DNA of 53,790 bases from contig JBDRMO010000030.1 in assembly GCA_043812095.1 (NCBI GenBank), positions 1-53,790 on the forward strand, given 5' to 3'. The stretch's first letter is position 1. Every line of letters begins with the position of its first letter. This document shows, one piece after another, positions 1 through 9,083 of the stretch. The notes under the pieces were generated by a model, which saw only the letters and a list, made by a program, of their open reading frames with translations, was not told where the DNA came from and did not search any database. Source of the DNA: Candidatus Omnitrophota bacterium (lineage in GTDB: Bacteria > Omnitrophota > Gorgyraeia > Gygaellales > Profunditerraquicolaceae). A program made the translations under genes and the position numbers.

Positions 1-974
1 CCGTATTTGAGCATAGCGATACGCTCAACCCCCATCCCGAAAGCAAACCCGCTGTACTTTTTACTATCTATGCCCACATGCTTCAAGACATTAGGGTGGA
101 TTAACCCGGAGCCTAATATCTCAAGCCATCCTTTTCTTCCGCAAACAGAACAGCCCTTACCTTTACAAATAATACAAGAGATATCAACTTCCGCGGACGG
201 CTCGGTAAAAGGAAAGAAGTGCGGACGAAACCTCATTTTAATATCATTTGTAAAAACCGCCTTAGCAAAAACCTCTAGTATTCCCTTTAAGTCCGCAAAT
301 GTGATATTCCTATCTACCATAAATCCTTCAATCTGATGGAACATGAAAGAGTGGCTCGCATCGACTGCATCCGGTCTGTAAACCCTCCCCGGAACCACTA
401 CAGCTAGAGGCGGCTTCTCTTTTTTCATCACCCTAATCTGAACGGGTGAAGTATGGCTTCTTAATAACAGGTTCTGGGTTTTAGGTTCTAGGTTTTTAGT
501 CTTCAGATAAAATGTATCGAATACATCCCGGGAAGGATGTTCAAGAGGAATATTCAATCCGGTAAAATTATTGTATTCGGTCTCTATTTCAGGCCCCTCG
601 ATTACGGCAAAGCCCATTTTTTTAAATATGCCGCAAATCTCATTACGGATTTGAGTTAAAGGATGTAGAGAACCTAGCTCCCGGGCAATGCCGGGCATAC
701 CTATATCGCATGCTTTGCGACGTAACTCTCCGGAACCTGAGGCGATCGAACGCTGCTTCTGCTCAATCAGAGCCAAGGCCTTATTTTTTAAAGCATTGAC
801 CTCCTGACCAAATGCACCGCGCTCTTGAGGAGGAAGATCAGGGATGGAACTGGTAAGCTGCGCAATAATCCCCTTTCTCCCCAGAAACTGCACCCTGAAT
901 GCCTCCAGAGACCTGATGGAATCTACGCTTTCTATTTCAGCGTCTATCTGCGTTTTAATAGCATCAATATCCAT
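1..974 (-). CDS. pheS: phenylalanine--tRNA ligase alpha subunit (C-terminus runs off the window)
   Basis: Absent from the ORF track because no stop lies in the window. Reverse translation from ATG 974-972 gives MDIDAIKTQIDAEIE. Internal MRFRPHFFPFTEPSAEVD is class II motif 2. GFAFGMGVERIAMLKY sits at the window edge. Confidence 0.9.
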   Translation of the reverse strand, partial: MDIDAIKTQIDAEIESVDSIRSLEAFRVQFLGRKGIIAQLTSSIPDLPPQERGAFGQEVNALKNKALALIEQKQRSIASGSGELRRKACDIGMPGIARELGSLHPLTQIRNEICGIFKKMGFAVIEGPEIETEYNNFTGLNIPLEHPSRDVFDTFYLKTKNLEPKTQNLLLRSHTSPVQIRVMKKEKPPLAVVVPGRVYRPDAVDASHSFMFHQIEGFMVDRNITFADLKGILEVFAKAVFTNDIKMRFRPHFFPFTEPSAEVDISCIICKGKGCSVCGRKGWLEILGSGLIHPNVLKHVGIDSKKYSGFAFGMGVERIAMLKY

Positions 975-1465
975 ACTAAGCACATTACCCCCGATAGCAT
1001 AATCACCAGATTTCTTTTAGCGATAACCAATCTCTCTTTAATAACCTGGCCGCGGATGAGTTTTTTTATAGATTTGGCGTGTATATCCAGCTCACCGCCG
1101 TGCTCTATGCAGGCACGATTAAAAAAACCCGATACCTCTATCCAGTCTCCTTTAGATTTATAAGCTCCCGTAAATTCAATCTCCTTGACTAAACCGCCAT
1201 CTGCCCAAACACCAAGCGCTTTCCTGCCGTCATTAACATTAAGCCAGACAAAATCACCGCGCCTCATTATATCACCGATAACCTCTCCTTCATAGGTTAG
1301 CAGTTTCCCGTCATACTCTTTGGCATTGTTGATTAATTCGGTACTCGTAACCGACTGGGCAAGACAGAAAGTGAACGTAAAGTGTAAAATGAAAAACGAA
1401 AAACTAAAATTTAAAGCTAAAAATTTTAAGTTTTGAATTATGATTTTACGATTTAATTTTTGCAT
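944..1465 (-). CDS. hypothetical exported/membrane-anchored protein, possibly OB-fold
   Basis: 173-aa ORF with a hydrophobic N-terminal signal-like segment, a soluble core and a C-terminal hydrophobic helix followed by KRR. It overlaps the pheS start by 31 nt. No family recognised with certainty. Confidence 0.45.
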   Translation of the reverse strand: MQKLNRKIIIQNLKFLALNFSFSFFILHFTFTFCLAQSVTSTELINNAKEYDGKLLTYEGEVIGDIMRRGDFVWLNVNDGRKALGVWADGGLVKEIEFTGAYKSKGDWIEVSGFFNRACIEHGGELDIHAKSIKKLIRGQVIKERLVIAKRNLVIMLSGVMCLVWILMLLKRR

Positions 1466-1479
1466 TTTACGCTATTCTA

Positions 1480-2985
1480 TTATTTACCTTTAATTGTTGC
1501 TACAAAAAACCCGACCAGGGCAAATATAGACATGAATTCCAGGCGGCCTGCCCACATCTGCAGGATATATGTGATCTTCAGTGCGCTTGCCATACTCACG
1601 TTAGTAATCCCGCAGGATAAACCAACGTTAGCCCCTGCCGAGGTAGATTCAAACAGGGCGTCCAAAAAAGGATACCCTAATATCATTCCGACAATTGCCC
1701 CTATTCCATAAAGCGCTAAATAGATTACCGTGATCAAGAGTGCTGAACGTGCCAATTTATCGGTTAAGAAAATGTCCTGGATATGATGAAGCTTTTGAAT
1801 CACCACGCTTTTTTCCGGCAGCATAATCCTTTTAACTTCTTCAATCAGGGTCTTAAAAATTATGCCTACGCGCAGGTTCTTGATCGCTCCGGTGGTAGAA
1901 CAAACAGCGCCGCCCAAAGCCATAGCACAGAGTACGCCGATCAAAGCTAAATGGTTCCACTCGGTAATAAACTGTGGGGCATATATCGACTGATAACCTG
2001 TGCCTGTATGAGCGGAGACGAGCTGGTAAAATCCTTTACGAAATAACATCAGTGCCTTAGGATAAATGCCTGCCTGAGTAAGGCCGACAGCAGTAAGCGT
2101 AAATAAAACCATAATGCTGATAAACAGGGTTACCGTCTCAATATTACGCCATATTTCCCGGCGGTTCCCTGTCCAAAGGTGATAATGTAATTTAAAATTA
2201 AGCGCCCCCAGGATCATGATGATAATCGTAAGCACCTCAAACAACAGACTGTGGTAATACATTATATTCTGAGACTGCGGAGCAAACCCCCCGGTGTCAA
2301 AGGCTGCCATGAAGAGACAGGCGCCGTGAAAAAAAGCATTCGCCGGCTTAAGGCCGCTAAATATTCCCGCCAGGCCAAGGACAAGAGTCCCAAGGATAAA
2401 ATAGACGATGCTCACCAACCAGATAAATCTTGCGGTATGTATGACGTTAGGGAGGATCTTTTCATCGCGCGCCTCCCCGATATACATTTTAAAAGCGCCT
2501 GAGAATCCCCTGATGAAAAAGGAGAGAGCAACAATCGCAATGCCCTGACCTCCGATAAACATGATCAAATGCCTCCAGAAATTATGCGTGCGCGAGAGAT
2601 GGTCGAGATCCTGCACTAAAATCAGTCCGGTCGTAGCAAATCCTGACATAGAATCAAAGCACGCATCCAAATAGCTTACCCAGTGGCCGCTTAAATATAA
2701 AGGTATCGCCCCTAATATCATCGCCACCAGCCATGAGAGGCTGACGATAATCATCCCCTGCATCCAGTTAGGATTCTTTTCTGTATAACATACCCTATTC
2801 AGGATCAACCCAAAGATCGCCGCGATCTCCATCGCGACCAGAAAATCTAAAACCGGATTAACCTCGCGGAATCCCAACCCCACAAAAATAGGAATAAGCA
2901 TGGTAAAGGCAAGACCGAGCATAATCTTGCCTAAATAAAAACCGCTAATTTTAAGATTGTCTAACAGGTTGAGTTTTAATATCAT
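1480..2985 (-). CDS. trkH: TrkH/KtrB-family potassium transporter membrane subunit
   Basis: 501-aa polytopic protein with repeated pore-loop-like segments (GFATTGL, TGTGYQS, SAGANVG). Lies directly downstream of two trkA genes. Confidence 0.85.
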   Translation of the reverse strand: MILKLNLLDNLKISGFYLGKIMLGLAFTMLIPIFVGLGFREVNPVLDFLVAMEIAAIFGLILNRVCYTEKNPNWMQGMIIVSLSWLVAMILGAIPLYLSGHWVSYLDACFDSMSGFATTGLILVQDLDHLSRTHNFWRHLIMFIGGQGIAIVALSFFIRGFSGAFKMYIGEARDEKILPNVIHTARFIWLVSIVYFILGTLVLGLAGIFSGLKPANAFFHGACLFMAAFDTGGFAPQSQNIMYYHSLLFEVLTIIIMILGALNFKLHYHLWTGNRREIWRNIETVTLFISIMVLFTLTAVGLTQAGIYPKALMLFRKGFYQLVSAHTGTGYQSIYAPQFITEWNHLALIGVLCAMALGGAVCSTTGAIKNLRVGIIFKTLIEEVKRIMLPEKSVVIQKLHHIQDIFLTDKLARSALLITVIYLALYGIGAIVGMILGYPFLDALFESTSAGANVGLSCGITNVSMASALKITYILQMWAGRLEFMSIFALVGFFVATIKGK

Positions 2986-3101
2986 ATCCGGACGGATAGA
3001 ATAAGACAGATTAAGAATGCTGCTATAATAACCGAGAGGGCGAATAAGACTTCGGTTGCAATGCCTAAACCTGCTATCAGAGAGAACTTAAGCTTGATCA
3101 T
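2982..3101 (-). CDS. 39-aa hydrophobic peptide, translationally coupled between trkA and trkH
   Basis: Not in the ORF track (too short). Sequence is MIKLKFSLIAGLGIATEVLFALSVIIAAFLICLILSVRI. Its ATG overlaps the trkA TGA (ATGA) and its TGA overlaps the trkH ATG (ATGA). AGGAAA lies 5-6 nt upstream. Confidence 0.45.
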   Translation of the reverse strand: MIKLKFSLIAGLGIATEVLFALSVIIAAFLICLILSVRI

Positions 3102-3763
3102 ATTTTTCCTACCAAGGCGCTCAATAACAACTGCTCGTTGCCGGTTAAGGTCAAGGCGATAACATCATCCCCCGGCTTAAACATAGTATCACCTTTCGGG
3201 ACGACAACCTCTTCGCCTCTTAATATAGAAACTAATACCGAATCAGTTGGCAGTTTGATGTCTTTCACTGCCTTATTAATAACGGGTGATTCTTCCGGAA
3301 GATCCACGCGTACGATCGAAAGCTTGCCCCGTTTGAAGCTCATCAAATTCACTATATCCGAAAACGACGTCTCCTCTTCAATAATCTTAGCGATGATCTT
3401 TGTAGAATCAATCGGCACATCCACACCCAATTCATTAAAAGTGCGTTCATTGTCAGGATTATTCATTCTTCCGACGGTACGGCCGACGTTAAACCGCTTC
3501 TTGGCTAGCTGACAGATAATCAGATTGTCTTCGTCATCTCCGGTAACCGCAGCCAGGACGTCTGCGCGCTCAATACCTGCTTCGGTAAGGATCAATGGAT
3601 CACAGGCATCGCCGTTAATCACCAGAGCCTGCTCTAAGTCCTTGGCGATCTCTTCACAAATCGTTTTATCTCTATCTACGATACTAACAACGTGCTTGCT
3701 GACAATAAGCCGCTTTGCTAAAAAATACCCCACTTTTCCTGCGCCGACAATTACTATATACAT
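3098..3763 (-). CDS. trkA: Trk/Ktr system NAD-binding (RCK) subunit
   Basis: N-terminal Rossmann motif MYIVIVGAGKVG followed by a C-terminal RCK_C-like half; 221 aa. Confidence 0.85.
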   Translation of the reverse strand: MYIVIVGAGKVGYFLAKRLIVSKHVVSIVDRDKTICEEIAKDLEQALVINGDACDPLILTEAGIERADVLAAVTGDDEDNLIICQLAKKRFNVGRTVGRMNNPDNERTFNELGVDVPIDSTKIIAKIIEEETSFSDIVNLMSFKRGKLSIVRVDLPEESPVINKAVKDIKLPTDSVLVSILRGEEVVVPKGDTMFKPGDDVIALTLTGNEQLLLSALVGKI

Positions 3764-3771
3764 AGCTCACC

Positions 3772-4422
3772 TCACACTTCTACACCTAATAAGTGTTTGA
3801 CCTTCTTCAGGCTGGATACTCTTACCACCGCCATCAAACTATCTTTCTCCTGCACAACGGTGTGGGAATCAGGGATGATGATCTCGTTAATCCTCTTTAT
3901 CGCTGCCACCAACAATTCACCCGGAACATTAATTTCCAATACACTCTTACCGATTAACTTATCTTTCACCTCTATCTCAATGATACTTAAATCCTTGGTC
4001 TCAATCAAGTAGCTGGAAAAGCGGCTCTCGATAATCTTATCCCTTAACATCGAAGCAAAAAGAACAGTCCCGCTGATAATATCCAGCCCCAAAGCAGAAT
4101 ATATATGGGCACGTTGCGGATCATATACGCGCGTGAGCACTTTGGGAATCTTAAAGATTGTCTTGGCAACCTGCGCACAAATTAAATTTGTATTGTCTCC
4201 ATTAGTCACCGCACAGAATGCGTCAGCTTTTTCAGCGCCGACCTGCTTCAATAATTCCAGATCAAAACCATTCCCCACAGAAGTCAAGCCATTAAAGGTG
4301 TTACCTAGACGATCAAAAGCAGAGCGATTTTTATCCACTACCACGACATTGTGGCCTTCGCTAGATAATAACTGTGCCAGTTCCGCCCCGACTCTACCGC
4401 ATCCTACTATTATCACATACAT
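3772..4422 (-). CDS. trkA: second Trk/Ktr NAD-binding (RCK) subunit
   Basis: MYVIIVGCGRVGAEL Rossmann motif. I prefer ATG 4422 (AAAGGAG 7 nt upstream) over the TTG at 4443 used by the ORF track. Confidence 0.8.
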   Translation of the reverse strand: MYVIIVGCGRVGAELAQLLSSEGHNVVVVDKNRSAFDRLGNTFNGLTSVGNGFDLELLKQVGAEKADAFCAVTNGDNTNLICAQVAKTIFKIPKVLTRVYDPQRAHIYSALGLDIISGTVLFASMLRDKIIESRFSSYLIETKDLSIIEIEVKDKLIGKSVLEINVPGELLVAAIKRINEIIIPDSHTVVQEKDSLMAVVRVSSLKKVKHLLGVEV

Positions 4423-4486
4423 ATTCACTCCTTTAAATTCCAAACCTCAACTCCCAAATTTGTATTTGGTGCTTGGAACTTGGAAT

Positions 4487-4837
4487 TTATCCTTTCTTCG
4501 CTATCTCTACCAGCTTCTTGAATGCCTGGCTATCCTTTACTGCCAGATCAGCCAAAACCTTTCTGTCCAAATTAATCTTCGCTTTCTTCAAGCCGCTGAT
4601 AAACCTGCTGTACTGTATCCCTGAAACGCGGCAGGCTGCGTTAATGCGCGTGATCCAGAGCTTGCGGAATTCCCTCTTCTTCACGCGTCGGTCACGATAG
4701 GCATATACCAAAGCATGCATCAAGGTCCGGCGTGCCTGTTGGTACTGCTTACTCCTATCCCCCCAGTAACCTTTTGCCTTCTTTAATACTTTCTTCTTTC
4801 TCTTGCGACTTGCTACGCTATGTTTCACCTTAGCCAT
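4487..4837 (-). CDS. rplT: 50S ribosomal protein L20
   Basis: 116 aa, [31 protein letters not shown]; sits in the canonical infC-rpmI-rplT order. Confidence 0.95.
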   Translation of the reverse strand: MAKVKHSVASRKRKKKVLKKAKGYWGDRSKQYQQARRTLMHALVYAYRDRRVKKREFRKLWITRINAACRVSGIQYSRFISGLKKAKINLDRKVLADLAVKDSQAFKKLVEIAKKG

Positions 4838-4849
4838 TGTATCGCTCCT

Positions 4850-5050
4850 TTACCCGTACGGTAACATTCGTTTGATATATTTCTTTTCTTGGGTTCCCTC
4901 GAGAACAGCCTGACCTCTTAGTTTGCGTTTTCTACTCTTGCGTTTGCTGGATAATAGGTGACGCTTGCCCTCTTTGGAATACATAATCTTTCCCCTTTTA
5001 GTCAACCTGAATCTTTTTGCTACTCCTTTTTTAGTTTTTAATTTTGGCAT
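4850..5050 (-). CDS. rpmI: 50S ribosomal protein L35
   Basis: 66 aa, MPKLKTKKGVAKRFRLTKRGK. Confidence 0.95.
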   Translation of the reverse strand: MPKLKTKKGVAKRFRLTKRGKIMYSKEGKRHLLSSKRKSRKRKLRGQAVLEGTQEKKYIKRMLPYG

Positions 5051-5067
5051 CTCGAACTCCTCCGTCG

Positions 5068-5583
5068 CTAGATTTGTTTGGGACTAATCACAAAAGACAT
5101 AATCCGCCCTTCCAAGGTAGGCGGCTTCTCAACCTGTCCTTCGTTTTGTGTGTCGGTAATAAATTTATCTAAAACCTTTCTGCCCAGATCAAGATGCTCC
5201 ATCTGCCTGCCGCGGAAGAAAAGGCTCACCTTCACCTTATCTTTCTTATGCAGAAACAAGATCGCGTGTTTAACTTTGGTCTGAAAATCATGCTCGTCAA
5301 TATTGGGCCTCAGGCGTATCTCTTTAAGTTTCCCTTGCTGTTGATGCTTCTTGGCCTCGCGCTCCTTCTTCTCCTGATCATATTTGAATTTGCTGAAGTC
5401 AATGATCCTGCACACCGGCGGCTTTGCAGTAGGCGCAACTTCCACGAGGTCTAATTCGTATTGACTAGCCAAGCCGAGTGCTTGTTGTGTCGGCATTACT
5501 CCTAGCTGATCCCCTTGCGGGCCAATAACCCTCACTTGCGGTATGCGAATCTTTTCATTAACACGGATAAACTGTTTTATAAT
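5068..5583 (-). CDS. infC: translation initiation factor IF-3, probable ATT (or ATA) start
   Basis: IKQFIRVNEKIRIPQVRVIGPQGDQLGV matches the IF-3 N-domain and the C-domain is present. The GTG at 5589 overlaps the GGAGG Shine-Dalgarno. ATT 5583-5581 lies 5 nt after it. Confidence 0.85.
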   Translation of the reverse strand: MIKQFIRVNEKIRIPQVRVIGPQGDQLGVMPTQQALGLASQYELDLVEVAPTAKPPVCRIIDFSKFKYDQEKKEREAKKHQQQGKLKEIRLRPNIDEHDFQTKVKHAILFLHKKDKVKVSLFFRGRQMEHLDLGRKVLDKFITDTQNEGQVEKPPTLEGRIMSFVISPKQI

Positions 5584-5610
5584 AACCACCTCCCCTTTCT
5601 TAAGGCCGCC

Positions 5611-7332
5611 TTATACGACCTTTCCTTCTATCTCTTTTTTGATCTTGTTGATAAATTCCTCTAACGCTACTACGCCGGTATCGCCTTTGCCTTTTTTCCT
5701 CACCGAGACCTTGCCTGTTTGTGCTTCGCGCTCTCCTACGATTAAGCAATAGGGTATCTTATTGACTTCGGCATTACGTATTCTTTTGTCCAGGGTCTCA
5801 TTGCGATTATCGACTTCTACCCTCACCGCATTATCCAGAAGCGCCTCTTTGACTTTCAACCCATATGCCTGCAGCGCTTCCTTAATCGGAATGACCAACA
5901 CCTGGGTCGGCGCAAGCCACAAAGGAAGCTCTCCGTTATAATGCTCAATCAAGGCGCCGATGAAACGCTCGAGGCTGCCTAATAAAACCCGATGAATCAT
6001 GATCGGCTGTTGCTCTTGCCCGCCAGAATCAACATAGGTAAGAGCAAATCTTTTCGGTATGGCAAAATCGCATTGAATAGTGGCGCACTGCCAGGATCTT
6101 TTCAGGGCATCCTTTAACTTGATGTCAATCTTCGGCCCGTAAAATGCGCCCTCTCCCTGATTAACATCATATCTTAATCCTTTTTCCTTTAAAGCACCCT
6201 CTAGGGCATCGGTTGCGCTCTTCCAATCATCATCTGAGCCGATATATTTCTCCGGGCGGGTGCTCAATTCAATGCCCACGTCAGTAAAACCAAAAACCTT
6301 CATTGTATCAAAAACAAAATCGATGACTGATTTTATCTCGCTGCGTAATTGCTCCGGCATGCAGAAAATGTGCGCATCGTCCTGGGTAAAACCGCGCACA
6401 CGCAACAGCCCATGCAATACACCGGCTTTTTCATGACGGTAAACCGTGCCTAATTCAAAGAGGCGCAGCGGTAAATCCCTGTAACTGCGGATCTTTGACT
6501 TATATATCAGCATATGCCCCGGGCAATTCATCGGCTTTAAGACAAACTCCTTATCCTCTATCTTAAAGGTATACATATTCTCCCGGTAATAGTCATAGTG
6601 ACCGGAGGTCTTCCAGAGCGCTGATTGCATAATATGCGGGGTGATGACGATTTGATAACCGCGCTTTAAATGCTCCTCTTTTTCGTAATTTTCGATCAGC
6701 GTACGAACTAACGCCCCCTTAGGATGATAAAATACTAAACCCGGTCCCGCTTCTTCATGATAAATATCAAAGAATTCTAAAGCAGGCCCTAATTTTCTGT
6801 GATCGCGCTTTTTCTGTTCTTGAAGATTGTCTAAATATTCCTTTACTTCTTTTTCTGTTTCAAAACAGGTCCCGTAGATTCGCTGCAGCATCGGATTCGT
6901 CTCGATGCCATGCCAATATGCACCGGCTACGGATAATAATTTAAAAGCCCTGACTTGACCCGCTGCTTCAACGTGCGGGCCTCGGCACAAGTCCAGAAAA
7001 TTTTTACCGGTGTGATAAATCGAAACTGTGTCTTCGGGAATTCTATTGATCAACTCAATCTTATAATCTTCCTTGAGCTTCTCAAATAATACCAGGGCAT
7101 CCTTCTTAGAGAGCTCTTCGCGGATAAATTGCTCATTCTTGCCGATAATCTCCCGCATTTTCTTCTCTATGCTCACTAAATCATCATCAGTAAACGGCTC
7201 CTCCTTATCAAAGTCATAGTAAAAGCCGTCTTCAATAGAGGGACCAATGCCTAATTTGACCTTTGGCCATAATTCTTTTACGGCCTTAGCCATAATGTGC
7301 GAACAGGAATGTCGTAACGTTTCTAAATCCAT
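5611..7332 (-). CDS. thrS: threonine--tRNA ligase lacking the N-terminal TGS domain
   Basis: 573 aa. Starts directly at the editing-domain motif LRHSCSHIMAKAVKELWP. Also has DHRKLG, MNCPGH and FTQDDAHIF. Confidence 0.93.
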   Translation of the reverse strand: MDLETLRHSCSHIMAKAVKELWPKVKLGIGPSIEDGFYYDFDKEEPFTDDDLVSIEKKMREIIGKNEQFIREELSKKDALVLFEKLKEDYKIELINRIPEDTVSIYHTGKNFLDLCRGPHVEAAGQVRAFKLLSVAGAYWHGIETNPMLQRIYGTCFETEKEVKEYLDNLQEQKKRDHRKLGPALEFFDIYHEEAGPGLVFYHPKGALVRTLIENYEKEEHLKRGYQIVITPHIMQSALWKTSGHYDYYRENMYTFKIEDKEFVLKPMNCPGHMLIYKSKIRSYRDLPLRLFELGTVYRHEKAGVLHGLLRVRGFTQDDAHIFCMPEQLRSEIKSVIDFVFDTMKVFGFTDVGIELSTRPEKYIGSDDDWKSATDALEGALKEKGLRYDVNQGEGAFYGPKIDIKLKDALKRSWQCATIQCDFAIPKRFALTYVDSGGQEQQPIMIHRVLLGSLERFIGALIEHYNGELPLWLAPTQVLVIPIKEALQAYGLKVKEALLDNAVRVEVDNRNETLDKRIRNAEVNKIPYCLIVGEREAQTGKVSVRKKGKGDTGVVALEEFINKIKKEIEGKVV

Positions 7333-7425
7333 AGTTTTCTGGTCCCCTCACTTACTAATAACTTTGACAACGGAAGTTCGGGATCATCCCGAGCAACTTT
7401 AGTGTTATTTCAGGTTGCGTAGGGA

Positions 7426-7502
7426 TGGTGGGCGGTACAGGACTCGAACCTGTGACCCTCACGATGTCAACGTGATACTCTAACCAACTGAGCTAACCGC
7501 CC
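7426..7502 (-). tRNA. tRNA-Val (GAC), CCA encoded
   Basis: Cloverleaf by hand: GGGCGGT/ACCGCCC acceptor, GCTC..GAGT D arm, anticodon loop TTGACAT, T arm ACAGG-TTCGAGT-CCTGT, then ACCA. Confidence 0.9.
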
Positions 7503-7512
7503 ATATATAACA

Positions 7513-7595
7513 TGGGCAAGGAGGGAGTCGAACCCTCACGGCCTTGCGACCAATGGATTTTAAGTCCATCGTGTATGCCATTCCACCACTTGCCC
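7513..7595 (-). tRNA. tRNA-Leu (UAA), type II with long variable arm
   Basis: Acceptor GGGCAAG/CTTGCCC, anticodon stem ATGGA/TCCAT with loop CTTAAAA, long variable arm, T arm GAGGG-TTCGACT-CCCTC. No CCA encoded. Confidence 0.88.
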
Positions 7596-7604
7596 GCAAG
7601 CTTA

Positions 7605-7676
7605 AGGCGACGAGCGGATTCGAACCGCTGAATAGCTCTTTTGCAGAGAGCTGCCTTGCCGCTTGGCTACGTCGCC
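7605..7676 (-). tRNA. tRNA-Cys (GCA)
   Basis: Acceptor GGCGACG/CGTCGCC, anticodon stem GCTCT/AGAGC with loop CTGCAAA, T arm AGCGG-TTCGAAT-CCGCT. No CCA encoded. Confidence 0.88.
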
Positions 7677-7736
7677 ATCTATCAAAGAATCTTTTTGTCC
7701 CTCGGCACATTGCCTCGGGATCAAAAAACACCTGCA

Positions 7737-8279
7737 TTAATGCAGATATTTCTTGACCTCTTGAACTATTGATTCCACTTCTGCCAAGCAGCCAATACCG
7801 GTTTTGCCGCAAGCAAGCTTCCCCTTCCTTGGCTCAACAAATCTATATCTCAAAGATTTCAATTTTACGATATTCGCCTGCACGATCTTATTCCTATACA
7901 TGCCTTCATTCATCGCCGGGCAGATCAAAACCGGCGCTTTTGTAGCACAGATAATACAAGTTAATAAATCGTCGCAGATCCCGCTTGCAACCTTACCAAT
8001 GATATTCGCCGTTGCCGGCGCAACTAAAACTAAATCCGCCTTTTCTGCCAAAGAAATATGTTCTGTGCCCCAGACTTCAGGGGCCTCGAATAAATCCTGA
8101 TGAACTTTATTCCCGGAGAGACTCTGAAAGACTACCGGACGAATCAATTCCTCGGCCTCGCGAGTCTCAACCACAGTGACTGAATATCCCGCATCCTGCA
8201 ATCTACGTATTATCTCGCAGGCCTTGTATATTGCAATGCTTGCGGTTACGCCTAAAATAATATCCCTACCCTTTGCCAT
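7737..8279 (-). CDS. coaC: phosphopantothenoylcysteine decarboxylase (stand-alone CoaC flavoprotein, no CoaB half)
   Basis: 180 aa with ILGVTASIAIYKA, APATANIIGK, PAMN and LACGKTGIG motifs. Ends 60 nt before tRNA-Cys. Confidence 0.8.
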   Translation of the reverse strand: MAKGRDIILGVTASIAIYKACEIIRRLQDAGYSVTVVETREAEELIRPVVFQSLSGNKVHQDLFEAPEVWGTEHISLAEKADLVLVAPATANIIGKVASGICDDLLTCIICATKAPVLICPAMNEGMYRNKIVQANIVKLKSLRYRFVEPRKGKLACGKTGIGCLAEVESIVQEVKKYLH

Positions 8280-8283
8280 CTTG

Positions 8284-8496
8284 TTATTCTTTAGATTTCG
8301 TCTTCTGGGCTGTTACTTTACCGGCGGAGATCTCACGCAGTGCAAGCGTCGAAGGCTTAGTGACTGAATCTCCCTCAACTAATTTAGGCTGACCCTCGGC
8401 GATCTCCAGAGCCCTTCTAGAGGCTAAAATTACCAGCTTATAAATTGAATTGTTGGTTTTATCAAGAAGGCTTTCTACGGAAATACTATATGCCAT
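8284..8496 (-). CDS. rpoZ: DNA-directed RNA polymerase subunit omega
   Basis: 70 aa, NSIYKLVILASRRALEIAEG; gmk-rpoZ order is conserved. Confidence 0.85.
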   Translation of the reverse strand: MAYSISVESLLDKTNNSIYKLVILASRRALEIAEGQPKLVEGDSVTKPSTLALREISAGKVTAQKTKSKE

Positions 8497-8511
8497 ATTT
8501 ATACCTCTCTG

Positions 8512-9081
8512 TTAGTTAGCGCTTTTTTCCTTTAATATGATCTTCTTTAACTCTGTTACTGCTTGAGCTAAATTTCTATTCACTACGCGATAATCATAAA
8601 TATCGCAGGACGCAACCTCCTTCTTGGCCACTGCCAGCCGCTTACGGATCTCATCCTCATCTGCTTTAGAGCGGCCGACAATCCTCTTGCGTAACTCCTT
8701 GATCGAAGGGGGGACAATGAAAACGTTGATCGCGCTGTGCGGATAGATTCTTTTTATCTTTAGAGCGCCCTTGAGGTCCAAGCAAAGCACAATACTCTTG
8801 CATCTCTCCAACTGCCCCTCTACACAATCTCTAGGAGTGCCGTAATGATATCCTAAATATTTCGTCCATTCAAGAATTTTTTTTCCTTTTAGCTTACGCT
8901 TGAATTGTTCTTCGCTGATAAAACGGTAATCTTTCTTATCGCGCTCTCCCTCTCTGCGCGGGCGCGTGGTCAGAGATACACATTTAGTCAACCCTCCCCT
9001 GATCAACTCTTTATCCTTGAGCAATTTATCGCGTAATGTTGTTTTGCCTGATCCCGAAGGACCGGAAATCACAAATATCAT
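8512..9081 (-). CDS. gmk: guanylate kinase
   Basis: MIFVISGPSGSGKTTL P-loop, TTRPRREGE, and YHYGTP. Confidence 0.92.
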   Translation of the reverse strand: MIFVISGPSGSGKTTLRDKLLKDKELIRGGLTKCVSLTTRPRREGERDKKDYRFISEEQFKRKLKGKKILEWTKYLGYHYGTPRDCVEGQLERCKSIVLCLDLKGALKIKRIYPHSAINVFIVPPSIKELRKRIVGRSKADEDEIRKRLAVAKKEVASCDIYDYRVVNRNLAQAVTELKKIILKEKSAN

Positions 9082-9083
9082 CC

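Noticed and set aside
4444-4486. rplT/trkA spacer hairpin (CCAAAT-TTGT-ATTTGG) as a terminator
   Set aside because: It is a 6-bp A/T-rich stem without a U tract, which is too weak to report.
7333-7425. T-box or ThrRS operator-like leader upstream of thrS
   Set aside because: The leader is 93 nt with only one short hairpin (CGGGA-TGA-TCCCG). No specifier or T-box sequence is recognisable.
7480-7812. Track ORFs 7480-7812 (-) and 7544-7756 (+) over the tRNA array
   Set aside because: They are built from tRNA-Val/Leu/Cys sequence, which folds into clean cloverleaves. There is no coding signal.
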